A DNA stretch of 63,921 nt, the filler included, from Octopus bimaculoides (taxonomy: Eukaryota): the NCBI RefSeq assembly GCF_001194135.2. It is 7 parts of 6 records of this genome, joined end to end, with 100 filler letters (N's around TTAATTAATTAA, not from the genome) between each part and the next. Parts side by side here need not be neighbours in the genome. Positions count along the whole stretch, not along the records: positions 1 to 27,532 come from NC_068988.1; positions 27,633 to 30,817 come from NW_026356123.1; positions 30,918 to 34,481 come from NC_068987.1; positions 34,582 to 38,557 come from NC_069004.1; positions 38,658 to 59,300 come from NC_068990.1; 2 more parts are not named here. One strand, written 5' to 3'. The notes beneath the pieces are model-generated. The model did not search any database and was not told where the DNA came from. It was given only the letters and a program-made list of their open reading frames with translations. The position numbers were made by a program, and so were the translations under genes. Shown here piece after piece: positions 24,423-38,835 of this stretch (positions are counted from its first letter, which is position 1; each line of letters opens with the position of its first letter).

Positions 24423-24909
24423 GTTTGGAGAATATTTTGTATCTTTAACGTTATTTGGGGGTCATTAAGAATTGATTATCTTTGTTTATGAGATTGAATT
24501 AGTGAAGGAATATCAAATATCACTATTTTGTATTTTTATGCGTCACTTGCTCAACTTGTTAGCACTTAAACTGTTAGATACTCTCTATCATGCATCAATG
24601 GTACCTCTTTTATGAAACAGAGGATGTGGAATGACTAAATCTTAAAATAGATTTGGAATTGATCAGTGAATATTGAAGTTACAACTGGAATTGTAACGTC
24701 TATGTTCCATGACAATCCTCATTGTAGACGGAAAAGGAGGGCTCTGAGTATCGACTTTTGGTCCTGGAAACGAAGAGAATTCATTGACCGTCTTCAAAGA
24801 TGTAATCAAACGGTTCAACTGGCAGCATTGCAGGAACACTAGCCTTCGAAATCTACTGCTCTCGTTGTTGAAGGTTTTGAAGTTGTCCTCTTTTCGTCTC
24901 TACCTCTTT

Positions 24910-25086
<177 letters not shown>

Positions 25087-25842
25087 AGTCTGTCCATCTG
25101 TCTGTCTGTCTATTTATCTGCTTGACTGTTTCTGTCTGTCTATCTATCGACCTCTCTCTTTCTCTATATCTCTCATTACTTCTGTCACATAAAAATAAAC
25201 CCTCCACTGATCCTTGTCGCTACACACGTACTATTTAGCTTTTTGCTCCGCATCAAAATATTCATTGCTTTTATTTCTGCATCTACGATAGGACGGCTCC
25301 AGCATGGCCTTTTGATTTTCTGGGCTCATTATGACCTTGAATGTCGATACCAGCCTCTCTCAGCCGCATGCCAATTTTAAGCACCTCTGCTCTCGTCACT
25401 CACCCAGATTGCACTACAAAATAGCAACAATCCAAGGGTACAATACTCTTCATTTGGTACGAACATATTATATTACTGAACTATGTATTATAAGTATAAA
25501 TTTATGTGTCTCCCCTGACCCAAACTCGGCCTGCTTACTCATATGTGATTCTTTACCCAATTATGTTTCTTTAGTATTTCTAGCATTAACCTTTTGAATC
25601 AAATCCATGTATCCGTGACATTAAGGTTATTATTGTTGTTGTTGCAGTTGAAGATGTTGCCTTCAGGAATATAAAGCCAGCACCACCTTCATTCTATTTG
25701 CTGTTGTTATTTTGGATCATATTTTACAATGATTGTTTTACACCAACAAATATACGCCACAAAATCTAATATAATGTCTAAAAGTTGATGAATACCACCT
25801 TTTGATCCCCTCTATTTTCTTATTGCCGTATATATATGTATA

Positions 25843-25898
<56 letters not shown>

Positions 25899-26073
25899 CA
25901 TATATGTATGTTNNNNNNNNNNNNNNNNNNNNNNNNNNNNNNNNNNNNNNNNNNNNNNNNNNNNNNNNNNNNNNNNNNNNNNNNNNNNNNNNNNNNNNNN
26001 NNNNNNNNNNNNNNNNNNNNNNNNNNNNNNNNNNNNNNNNNNNNNNNNATATATATTTATTTATTTATATATG

Positions 26074-26121
<48 letters not shown>

Positions 26122-26152
26122 CATATATGTATGTTATATTTATGAGTGTGTG

Positions 26153-26445
26153 TGTTTGTATCTGTTTGTCCCCCACCACCATTGCTTGACAACCGATGTT
26201 GGTGTGTTTGCATCCCTGTATTATGGTTGGATTATATAGTTATCGGTTTTATACTTCTTTCTATATTCTATAACTGTTGCAATGTACTTTTCTACTATAG
26301 GCACAAGTCCTGAAAGTTTTTGGCGAAGGTGGGCCGGTCGATTAGATCGACTCCAGTACACAACTGGTAGTGAATTTATCGACATCGATAGGATGAAAGG
26401 CAAAGTCGACCTCGGCAGAATTTGAACTCAGAACGTGAAGACACA
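26153..26445. mobile_element. Two adjacent SINE fragments (26153-26220 plus strand; 26290-26445 minus strand)
   Basis: Homology to the 17352 family and the 14094 family respectively. Confidence 0.7.
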
Positions 26446-27453
26446 AAATACCACTAGTTATTATAAAATAATAGAAAAATGTGCGCAAAACTAAATCAAA
26501 TCACTGAGAAAAACCACAACAGGGATGCTGTCACAACGAGAAAAACATGAACTGAGCGAGCGGAGACTGCTCTTGTTGGGAGACTGTGTGCGAGCTCAGC
26601 GCCGACTAGCGATCGCTTGTATGAAACTCAATCGTACTGCGGATTTCCGCTCATACTTCAAGACGAAAATTCGCACGAGCCTTGGCTCGTACAGTGGTGC
26701 ACTCGTACTGCGAGGTACTACTGTAATTGTTTTTCTTTCCTCATATTATTTGCTCAGAGTCGTTACAGTCATGGCACTAATTATATGTATATAGACATAT
26801 GCTAGGTGTTGTAGTGAAGCTAAATGCTCTTGGTGAATCAATTTCTCCATTGCAATCTCTTATTGAAAATTATTCACTTATTTCATTAATACTAATAGAA
26901 AAATCATGAATGAACCAATTTCTCATTTCCTATTCTCAATAAACATGAATTGACAAATAATAGCCTCACTGGAATCTGGGCTTCCAAGAGCTGTTCAATG
27001 GAACTAATGAGTAGCGTACTGTATCACAAAAGCAATGACAGAAACAGATGTGGACTTATGCACTCGATTATTCAAACTTTTAAAAGTTTGTCTTCCAACG
27101 TTAGAGATGACAATACCTACAGGTTCCAGAGAATCAATCATTCCATAGAATAAGTTTTGAGATCAGATAAGATGTCGCGTAGAGGCGTGAAGGTGTTAGT
27201 TTTATGCACCAACTAGCGGCAGGTGTCTGGTTGTTGCATTCACCTGTGACGACGTGAGATGCTTAATATACATACATACATACATACATACATACACAAA
27301 TGTGTTTATGTACATATACATACATCCGTGTGTGTATATATAAATAGTGAATAATATAATATTATATATATATATATAAATAATATATACATGTATGTAT
27401 AAAAACAATATATATATATATTTATATGCATATATCTATATACACATACATAC

Positions 27454-27532
<79 letters not shown>

Positions 27533-27632
27533 NNNNNNNNNNNNNNNNNNNNNNNNNNNNNNNNNNNNNNNNNNNNTTAATTAATTAANNNNNNNNNNNN
27601 NNNNNNNNNNNNNNNNNNNNNNNNNNNNNNNN
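27533..27632. other. Artificial contig linker N44-TTAATTAATTAA-N44 (the 12-mer also occurs at 30862, 34526, 38602, 59345 and 62787)
   Basis: Identical six-frame-stop 12-mer centred in 100-bp N blocks, six times. Confidence 0.95.
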
Positions 27633-28089
27633 TACTTTGTTGGGGGCATAAAATCGTAACTCCATGCATGTATGATATTTTCGCGCGTGTGTGTGTAAAG
27701 GTAAGATGTAAGGATCAATGTGTAGGAAGTTAATAAAATTCGAGCAATTCCGTGATGATAAGATCAACAAAAATAGTACTCCATCAGGTGAGAGATAAAT
27801 ATTATTTAATAAACACAATATATACTGTTATTAGCTACTAATAGTTTCATGCGATGAAAGCAGCATAGACAGCATTTTGTAACACGTCCAGTGCCTCGGT
27901 GCAATCCTGTTTCTCGTACTCGAGTGTCTCAATCTCTGACTATTGAAGGAAATATGAAACAAATGGAAAAAATGCGAATTGGCCTGCATTTGGTTGATTT
28001 GCTGATTTGTTTCCGGCTGTTCTCAACTTGCCAGAGAATGATCCAGACCATATGTCTTTAGTGCCATCTTCTGCGCCACTTGTAAAATG

Positions 28090-29195
28090 AAACAACCGAT
28101 ATCGAATGATAAAGTTGTACAAGACTGTCGTGACATAGTCTTCACTTCAAAAGGAGACACTTCCGTTGATTCTTCTACTGTATATCCAATATATAGGCCA
28201 AAACGTGGCTACGTGATTAAAAAGATTGCATTACAACTTTATGACATCAGTTCAGAGCCGTTGCGCAGAAGCTTTAACTCTATATAGATGTATGTATATT
28301 CTCTTTTAGAGTTTAATTATTTGATGTCTTCCTGTAAGGAAGGAGTTGATTTCCAATAAATGTATAAAGCCCAAGCGATGAAATGTCTATCACAAAAATA
28401 AATTCACATTTTAAGCTTAACGTATACGTTATTTTTATCCTTCTCTTCGTAATTATCGATAGCATCAAAATAGCGGAAACATAATTAACATCAGCCATTG
28501 ATGAAATGAGCTCAAACTCAGCCACAAGCCCTGATAGATTCCCAGCAATCCTCCTAAAGAAATGAAAAGGGCTCTAGCAAGATAACTATAGATTCTCTTC
28601 TAGTGCTACTACGCAACTAGGAGACTTCCGAAAAAGGTAAAAGATCGCAAATGTCCTATCCATTAGGGAGGTAGCAGAGCGTATGCTAAAAATTATAGAC
28701 CTTCTCATGTCAGCAAAATCAACTAAATTATTGCCAGGAGGAAACTGATTGTGTTCCCTGAAGATAACGACTTGTACCCTGACACCCAGCATGGCTTTTT
28801 CAGTATTATGACTGGGTGTTGAAACAATTAATGAATCGCTCAAACGCGGATTTGATATATCACGATTTTGCAAAGGCCTTTGATAAGGTTGATCACGGAA
28901 TGATATTTCACAAGCTATGGAGACTCGCCATAGTCAAAAAACTGGGCAAGTGATTGCATGACTTTTTATCGGAGAGAAGCCAGGCTGTGGCAGCCAATGA
29001 AGCCCTCTATAAGGAGACAATAATAAAGTGTGGAGTGCCTCAGGGAACTGTGTTAGGGCCGCTACTGTTGATGGTGGTTCTTTCAGACATGCCATCAGTT
29101 ACAAGGACAAACACACTTACTAGCTATGCCGACGACACAAAAGTAGTGCAAGCAGTCAAGGAACCTTCTGGTGCTAATCTTCAACAAAAGACCTA
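28090..29195 (+). mobile_element. CR1/L2-like LINE reverse transcriptase remnant
   Basis: [54 protein letters not shown]. Confidence 0.9.
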
Positions 29196-29272
29196 GATGC
29201 CATATTGTTGTGTGTGTATACACACATACATACGAATATATATGTATATATACATATATGCATATATGTATG

Positions 29273-29390
<118 letters not shown>

Positions 29391-30182
29391 CATATATACA
29401 TATATATATACACATACATATATACACACACACATATATATATACATATATATATATATAGATATATATATATATATATGCCTGTATATGCATATGCATA
29501 TACATAGATATACATGTATACATATATATACATGTGTATGCATGTAGACGAATATGTATGTCTGCCAGTGGGTGCGTGTGACAGTCTACACATATTTCTG
29601 TGTTATTTTCTTGGAATGAGATGGGTGTTGGAATGCATATTTAATTTACAGGAATCGACTCCACAGCCACGAGTTGTTTATGAAATGGAATTCTTTTATT
29701 ATGGGAAGGGGGGAGGGCGGAATAAAACCAGTTTCCTTACCACGTTTTTCTCGATTAATGGGTGTGTGTAGTATTTTGATAAATAGCGTAATTTGATCCC
29801 TGCATTTCCACTGGTCACACAAACACACACACACACAAGCACATACATACGCACATATATCCGCACACTCATTCTCTCACACACATATCTCTCTCTCTCT
29901 CTCACTCTCTCTCTCTCTCTCTCTCTCTCTTTTTCTCTCCCTCTTTCTTTCTTTGTTGTCTGTCAGCTTCTCTTCCTTCGCCGCTCTCTCTCTCTCTCTC
30001 TCTCTCTCTTTCTGTTTCTGTATGTCAATTGTCTGTCAGTTTCTCTACCTCCCTCTTTCCCTCTCACTTTCTCTCTCTCTCTCTCTCTCTCTGTTTCTAT
30101 GTCCCTGTTTCCTGTCAATTTCTGCAACTGTACCTCTCTCTTTTATGTCTCTGTTGTTTGTCAGTTTCTCTCTCTCTCTCCC

Positions 30183-30242
<60 letters not shown>

Positions 30243-30917
30243 GTATATTAGCATTTGTATGCATATATGTTTGCATACAAATATGTAAGCTTAAATGTTT
30301 GGATATCACACACAAACACATCAACACATCTAATGGCTTCCGTAGCAGCAAGATTTATCTTGTTCAACTTCAACCTGAGACTATCAATATATTCCTTAAT
30401 AAAGCAACTGATGACGGTTGTGGAGCAGAACGATCGAAATGTAATGTTGATAAAGATATCGTTAAAATATATATATTGTGAAAATTATGTTACTTTGAAG
30501 AATTATAATCCCATTGAATTAATGTGGAGGAATTTTATGTCTTTTTACCTTATACTTGATTCATTCATTGTGCTACGGTTATGCTAGGGCACCAGTTTTT
30601 ATCCTGCGCCAACGCTTCACACCTAGTATTCGTTTGTTAATATTCCTGCGCCTATGTGTGTGTGTTTGTGTTTTTGTATATCTATCTATCGATAAATAGA
30701 TAGATAGAAAGATAGATGCATACATAGATACAGACATACATTCATACATTCATAACTATACACATACAAACTTGTGAGTGGATTTGGTAGACGGAAACTG
30801 AAAGAAGCCCGTCGTATNNNNNNNNNNNNNNNNNNNNNNNNNNNNNNNNNNNNNNNNNNNNTTAATTAATTAANNNNNNNNNNNNNNNNNNNNNNNNNNN
30901 NNNNNNNNNNNNNNNNN

Positions 30918-30992
<75 letters not shown>

Positions 30993-31990
30993 GGATGGAT
31001 GGATGTCGGTCGTCACCACAGTATCCGTCTATCAAATAGACTCACAAGGCATTGGTCGACCAGGAGTTAAAGTAGAAGATATTTTCCTAAGAAGGAATGA
31101 ACCCGAAACTATGTGGTGCAAAGCGTGTTCACATGGTTTAACATCACTACTGCCTGTTCTGGCCATAGGTGACTTTTCCAGGGTCCATACTATTGGAAGA
31201 ACTCTTTGCAGGACTCTGATTTGAGAAAAACTCCCCTCGTATCAATCACCAGTCTTGAAGGCTCCGAAAATGATCAAACCTTTCCTTGCACATCATAAAT
31301 CATTAAAAAAATAAAAGCTTCTCCTTAAATGTTTTTCTAAGGAAAAGATCCGCTCGAAACGTTGAAATTCTCTTCTTAACGCAACAGGAATTTATATCAT
31401 TTCCTAAACGGGAGATCACAAATTTGTGACTTCTAGAGTAAAATTATATAGTTCCAGTGGATAAATTGAATGGTGTATGCAAAAAGAATAATTCTTGATG
31501 AATCGAAATTTGCCTTTCAGAGAACGAAAACGAAAACTTAGCAGTGAATGTCAGCAAGTCTCAAAAGGAAAAGGAAGTAACATCAGAAAAACTTAATAAA
31601 ACATTTCAATTTTCATATTTAAGCGAGCAAAAAGCTAATCTCGTTAGAAGGCAAGGTGACAGCTGTGTGTGTATATTTGTATATATGTATGCATGTCTGT
31701 ACTTATATGCATGCACGCGCGCGTGTGTGTGTGTGTGTGAGTTACTGCTTGATAGTCAATATTTGCTTGCGCACATGTGATTTTGCTGTTCGGCAAGAGA
31801 GACAGAGAGAATAAGAACCACATTTAAGAAGTTTTCAAGACGGTAGCCCTGCTTGACCGTGTTTCAAAGAGTAAAACAAGAAAGATAATAACAGAAAAAT
31901 ATGGATGTATGCATCAATGCATACACTCACACACACAAATATATACACTTACATCTCTCTCTATCCTCTCTCACTGTCTACACACACACA

Positions 31991-32037
<47 letters not shown>

Positions 32038-32409
32038 NNNNNNNNNNNNNNNNNNNNNNNNNNNNNNNNNNNNNNNNNNNNNNNNNNNNNNNNNNNNNNN
32101 NNNNNNNNNNNNNNNNNNNNNNNNNNNNNNNNNNNNNNNNNNNNNNNNNNNNNNNNNNNNNNNNNNNNNNNNNNNNNNNNNNNNNNNNNNNNNNNNNNNN
32201 NNNNNNNNNNNNNNNNNNNNNNNNNNNNNNNNNNNNNNNNNNNNNNNNNNNNNNNNNNNNNNNNNNNNNNNNNNNNNNNNNNNNNNNNNNNNNNNNNNNN
32301 NNNNNNNNNNNNNNNNNNNNNNNNNNNNNNNNNNNNNNNNNNNNNNNNNNNNNNNNNNNNNNNNNTATATGCATGTATGTATCTACGTATGTATGTAGTT
32401 CAAATTTAC

Positions 32410-32525
32410 AGAAACAAAAGGCGAAGACAAGTGAAGTTAAGAAGAAGTAGGTGTATTTGTTTAACGCTCGGGAAAAATGGAAAAGTATTTTACGTTTCGA
32501 GCCTACGCTCTCCGACAGAAAAGAT
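32410..32525 (-). repeat. Dispersed repeat (probable Penelope pLTR) with a minimal hammerhead-like motif; second copy at 42570-42680
   Basis: Minus strand TTTT-CTGTCGGA-GAGC GTAG GCTC-GAAAC GT-AAAA; second copy CTGTGGAA-GAGC GTAG GCTC-GAAACGT. Confidence 0.55.
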
Positions 32526-32749
32526 TACATACATACATATGAAGAGATATATATATATATATACACACACACATTTATATGTACATATGTAGATATGTAC
32601 ATGTATATGTATAAACATATATATATTATATACGTATATACAGATATATATGTATATACAAACATACCCACACACGCACAAACAGATACACGTATATTTT
32701 ATCTTTAATTGTCAGAAGTTACAAAAGCGGTGATGTGTGTGTGTCTGTC

Positions 32750-32801
<52 letters not shown>

Positions 32802-33485
32802 TCTGCGTGTGTGCGCGTGTATGTACGCATGTATTCATATAGAGAAACAGAAGGAGAGATACGTACACAGATATTTATATATACGCACACATAAACATGT
32901 GTGCGTATGCGTGTCTCTGTGTGTGCAGAGAGAGAAAGACATATAGACAAACAGAAAAGAGTGAGAGAGAAAGAAAGAGAGTGGCAGCTGATCGATTTTA
33001 TCTTCCGTAGGGAATCGATAAATGATCGCGAACTCGGAACTTAAGACAATTGTACATTACAGCATTAAGTCAGATATATGAACGTCTATGTTTCTGCTTA
33101 TATGTATATATGTATGCATACGTTATCAAATCAGTGTTTGAATGCATGTGTGTATATATATGGCGTGGGGGTGGTATTGCGTGTCTGTATGCTTTCAATG
33201 TTAGTAAACGAACAAGATGAGGAACGAACAATCGGTTGCCTGTTAACGACCACCAGCATCATCCCTCAAGCTACTAACCACTCGCTAATTCTTCTATATC
33301 TACTATAACCGTATAATTCTATGTACACGTCAGAAACGTCATGTCAATTATGTACGTATCGTAACGTTGTCCGATGCCGACAGCAACATTTCCCCTCCCG
33401 GCTTGACCTTACATCATTTCTAAGAAAATTATATAAATGCATCCTGTGGATTGATATGTGTGCAAATATACGTTGCGACAGATAA

Positions 33486-33575
<90 letters not shown>

Positions 33576-33728
33576 AAAGAAAGAGAAGGAGAGAGACAGA
33601 TAGAGAGAGAAGGGTACATATATATTCACATACATATATGTAATATATATACCTATATACATTTACACATACATACGAAGATACATATATAGGTATACAT
33701 AAATATATTCAAGCACATATACATCCAT

Positions 33729-33812
<84 letters not shown>

Positions 33813-34173
33813 GTACATACATATATACACACACACGCACTACACGTATATACTTACACACACACACACACACACATACACACACACACATACACACATA
33901 CACACACACACATACAGTACGTGAATGTGTGTGCGCTCGTGTATATGTGCGTGTGTGTACGTGAATGTGTGTATTACAACACTTGCTATGCCTAGTGGCA
34001 TGTAAGGATAAATTCAGTTAGAGATAATACTCTAAGATAACATACAGAAAATCACCAATATGTTCGTTCACTCATAAATAGACACAGACACAACTTCTTG
34101 AATAAGAATACACATAGATCTAGAGGGATTTATTTATTTATTTATTTATTCATTCATTCATTTAGATAGATAA

Positions 34174-34237
<64 letters not shown>

Positions 34238-34254
34238 GGAGAGAGAAGCAGGCA

Positions 34255-34410
34255 ACTGGTACTCTGTCGATTACGACGACGAGTGTTCCAGTTGATCCGA
34301 TCAACAGAGCAGCTTGCTCGGGAAATTAACGTGCAAGTGGTTGAGCACTCTACAGACACGCGTACCGCTAACGTCGCTCTCAGGGAGATTCAACATGACT
34401 TTTGGGCCAC
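34255..34410 (+). mobile_element. SINE internal fragment
   Basis: GACGAGTGTTCCAGTTGATCCGATCAAC..GAAATTAACGTGCAAGTGG.TGAGCACTC; recognised from memory as a recurrent cephalopod SINE segment. Confidence 0.5.
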
Positions 34411-34414
34411 CCTG

Positions 34415-34481
<67 letters not shown>

Positions 34482-34627
34482 NNNNNNNNNNNNNNNNNNN
34501 NNNNNNNNNNNNNNNNNNNNNNNNNTTAATTAATTAANNNNNNNNNNNNNNNNNNNNNNNNNNNNNNNNNNNNNNNNNNNNATAATATATATATATACAT
34601 TTATATATATAAATATACATATATATA

Positions 34628-34677
<50 letters not shown>

Positions 34678-34696
34678 CATACACATACATACATAC

Positions 34697-34746
<50 letters not shown>

Positions 34747-34928
34747 CATATATATATATACATACATGTATATATTATATATAATACAAATAATATGTGA
34801 GTATATGCATATATACGTACATACATATTTATAGATATGAATATGTATTATACATGCGTATATAATTATGTGTGTGCGCGTGTATATATATACACATATA
34901 TATACATATATATACATAAATATATATT

Positions 34929-34970
<42 letters not shown>

Positions 34971-35013
34971 TATAAATATATATGTATATATATGTGTGTG
35001 CGTGCGTGCGCGC

Positions 35014-35052
<39 letters not shown>

Positions 35053-35062
35053 TCCACATATC

Positions 35063-35126
<64 letters not shown>

Positions 35127-35644
35127 NNNNNNNNNNNNNNNNNNNNNNNNNNNNNNNNNNNNNNNNNNNNNNNNNNNNNNNNNNNNNNNNNNNNNNNNNN
35201 NNNNNNNNNNNNNNNNNNNNNNNNNNNNNNNNNNNNNNNNNNNNNNNNNNNNNNNNNNNNNNNNNNNNNNNNNNTATGTATATATATGCGTATATATATG
35301 CGTATATGTGTATCTAAGCAGGATTAACAGTCTGCTAGCGTAAAAGCAGAGCAAACGACACAATAGTTACTATAATCTTAGATACACTATGCCTAAATAA
35401 AAAGACGTGGTAGCAGATTGAAGTGGGTTCAGTCCCAGGTCATCAGGACGAAGGATAAACTGTAACTACACATCTTACCACACAGCCACGCCTGCGCCTG
35501 TATATTATAAATGATATATTATACAAACGCACGACACATTCCAGTCCATCTCTCATCCGAAATGTTTCCAGGAAAAGCGGTCGCGTATTTTTGATACGAC
35601 ACACATTGCAATCCTGTTCACATATCTAGGACACCACCGCCTCC

Positions 35645-35685
<41 letters not shown>

Positions 35686-36699
35686 AGCACGCACGCACAC
35701 GTCACGAGGTTCAGATCAATGAAGGCTCCCTGGTGACTACGTTTACAATAAACAGAATGTAGCTTGTCATGAGACTTGCGTGAGAGAATGCTATACAACT
35801 TCGTATTAATTCCGAGAGACACAATGAAGGAAGGAAGAGAGAAGATTCCACTTCCTGTACACAAATGTGTACCTTTTTCATCGATATCAAAGAAAAATGG
35901 AAAGGAAATTTGACCGTCCTCATGGAGGAAACGAACTCAAGAACTCTAGAAGAAAAGCGGAGAATTACAGCAAAGTATTTTACCCGATGCTCAAACGATT
36001 TTGCTAATGCTCTGGTTTTGAAGAAGTCTTTCTCAGAAAAGATAGATTCGCGATCCTGAATTTTCTAAGGCAACTTGAGGGAGAAGACAAAAAGAACGCA
36101 CGGGTTCTTACAGGACGAAACAAACTCTTGTTAATCCTCAGTCCGTGGATGTGCCCCTAATCCTTGGAATATCATAGGGGATTAGCACCAAAAGTGCCAG
36201 GGTTGAGGTGTTATGCAGAGTGACGTGTTACGTCTATCGTTGAAGTCCACGAACAATAAACGGTTTTGAGTAACGAGAATTTAGTCGGCGGGTTACGGGA
36301 CTTTGTGGTGGAGAACGCCTGTCCGAAGTGAAGCGCTGTCGAGTTGGGAAATGGAACCCTAAGACCACGTGATTGCAAAACCACAGGACCATGCTATTAC
36401 CCCCATCTCCCTTCACCACCTCCACCCTACTCCCACCATTACCACTGTTGTCATAAGTTTGTTCTTCCGTCGGAGCAACGAGGACCATCTTCATGGATGA
36501 CTGATGACTTTCGAGATGACTATGTTTAAAGGGAAGAAGAGCTGCACTCTGTCGTCCCCCCCCTCTCTCTCTCTCTCTCTCTCATCTGTGACCATCTTCA
36601 ATCCAGGGGCTAGACCAGGTCAAGATGAGTGGGAACGGAGTCAGATGCAACAAATGAGCAAGATGTCTTTCCTGCTACGTCTTACTCTCAGCATTCGAC

Positions 36700-36900
36700 A
36701 ATGCATTGCTGCAGCCACTTTCCAATCTGTTGAACCATGAAGGTTTCTTCCTTGGAGCTGATTGGGTTCAGTCTTTGCATGCTCTGGTAGGCAAGCCCTA
36801 ATATGCTAATTAACTCATAACTGGGATCCTGACAGGTGCTACTACACCAGGGTAGAGAATAGGGGCTACGAGGTAGTTCTACATTCCTCAAGACCCTGGA
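36700..36900 (-). mobile_element. Possible RTE LINE fragment (post-RT region)
   Basis: YELISILGLAYQSMQRLNPI resembles the EI.RRI.LA..M..L..IW motif. Confidence 0.35.
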
Positions 36901-37767
36901 ATTCTTGAACTGGGGACCCAACTGCTGGATGGTGTTGAAAGGTGATAGCCAAAGACGTAAGTACAACAACCAACAAAACAAAAATTCATACAATCTTCAC
37001 CACCACAACCACCACCGCCACCACTACCATCATCAACATCATCACCACCACCACCACCACCACCACCACAACTGCCACCACCACTATCGCCACTACCACC
37101 ATACTTTATAAATCTGCTCCTGACCAGACATTGTCATATTCCATAGACAACACCACTACATAATCTNNNNNNNNNNNNNNNNNNNNNNNNNNNNNNNNNN
37201 NNNNNNNNNNNNNNNNNNNNNNNNNNNNNNNNNNNNNNNNNNNNNNNNNNNNNNNNNNNNNNNNNNNNNNNNNNNNNNNNNNNNNNNNNNNNNNNNNNNN
37301 NNNNNNNNNNNNNNNNNNNNNNNNNNNNNNNNNNNNNNNNNNNNNNNNNNNNNNNNNNNNNNNNNNNNNNNNNNNNNNNNNNNNNNNNNNNNNNNNNNNN
37401 NNNNNNNNNNNNNNNNNNNNNNNNNNNNNNNNNNNNNNNNNNNNNNNNNNNNNNNNNNNNNNNNNNNNNNNNNNNNNNNNNNNNNNNNNNNNNNNNNNNN
37501 NNNNNNNNNNNNNNNNNNNNNNNNNNNNNNNNNNNNNNNNNNNNNNNNNNNNNNNNNNNNNNNNNNNNNNNNNNNNNNNNNNNNNNNNNNNNNNNNNNNN
37601 NNNNNNNNNNNNNNNNNNNNNNNNNNNNNNNNNNNNNNNNNNNNNNNNNNNNNNNNNNNNNNNNNNNNNNNNNNNNNNNNNNNNNNNNNNNNNNNNNNNN
37701 NNNNNNNNNNNNNNNNNNNNNNNNNNNNNNNNNNNNNNNNNNNNNNNNNNNNNNNNNNNNNNNNNNN

Positions 37768-37812
<45 letters not shown>

Positions 37813-38517
37813 TCACACATATACATGTATGTATGTATGCATGAATGTATATATGTATATATACTTACTATGCCGCAAACTAAAATATAATTAAATATAA
37901 AAACGAGAACTGAAGACAATGGAATAAAGGGAAAAAATGCATTTTGATGTATTTGCAAAACACATTATTGCTCCTACCCCTGCACACATCTTTATACACA
38001 CATACATATATACATACACACACATATACGTATACATACATATATAGATACATATATAGATACATATATAGATGCATATATACACATACTTAAACATATA
38101 CATTTACATACATCTACATACATATACTTATATATGAATGCATGCATATATGTATGTATATATATATATATATATGTATACACTCACATGCACAGAGAAA
38201 TTTAATTATAGGCACGCATGCTCACACACGTACAAGCATATAATAAATATAAATATAGACTCTACGTATATATGTGTGTGTGTAGTTGTATGTGTATATT
38301 ATACACACAAGTATGTGTGTGTGTGTGTGTGTGTAGCTGTGTGTGTATATATTAACACACAAGTATGCATACATATGCATATTTACACATATAAATATGC
38401 CTGCATGTACTCGCAAACACACGCATGCACACATATATATATACGCATATATGTATATATATATATATATATGTATATCTATCTATCTATCAATATATAT
38501 ACGCGCACACACACACG

Positions 38518-38557
<40 letters not shown>

Positions 38558-38682
38558 NNNNNNNNNNNNNNNNNNNNNNNNNNNNNNNNNNNNNNNNNNN
38601 NTTAATTAATTAANNNNNNNNNNNNNNNNNNNNNNNNNNNNNNNNNNNNNNNNNNNNATATATATATATATATATATATACA

Positions 38683-38805
38683 CGAGGGGTGTATGAAAAG
38701 TTTTGAGCCTTCAATGCCTTTGAACCTTGAAATATTGTACCTTCATCAGAAGTCTTGTACCATGCTTTGTGTTTTTGAGACTCAAGACTTTTCATACACC
38801 CCACG
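38683..38805. mobile_element. Mariner-derived MITE, 123 bp
   Basis: 25-bp TIR CGAGGGGTGTATGAAAAGTTTTGAG / CTCAAGACTTTTCATACACCCCACG (2 mismatches); TA at the right flank; inserted next to (TA)n. Confidence 0.85.
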
Positions 38806-38835
38806 TATGCATGTATGCATGTATGTATATCATTA

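Noticed and set aside
27940-28122. Short non-repetitive minus-strand ORF as a host exon
   Set aside because: No recognisable domain or splice support, and it abuts the CR1/L2 remnant.
31332-31368. Possible hammerhead CTAAGGA..GCTCGAAACGTT
   Set aside because: The core is mutated (G5 to A) and stem II does not pair; at best a decayed pLTR remnant.
35711-36530. GC-richer segment with 60-86-aa ORFs
   Set aside because: No motif recognised in any frame; cannot support a call without a database search.
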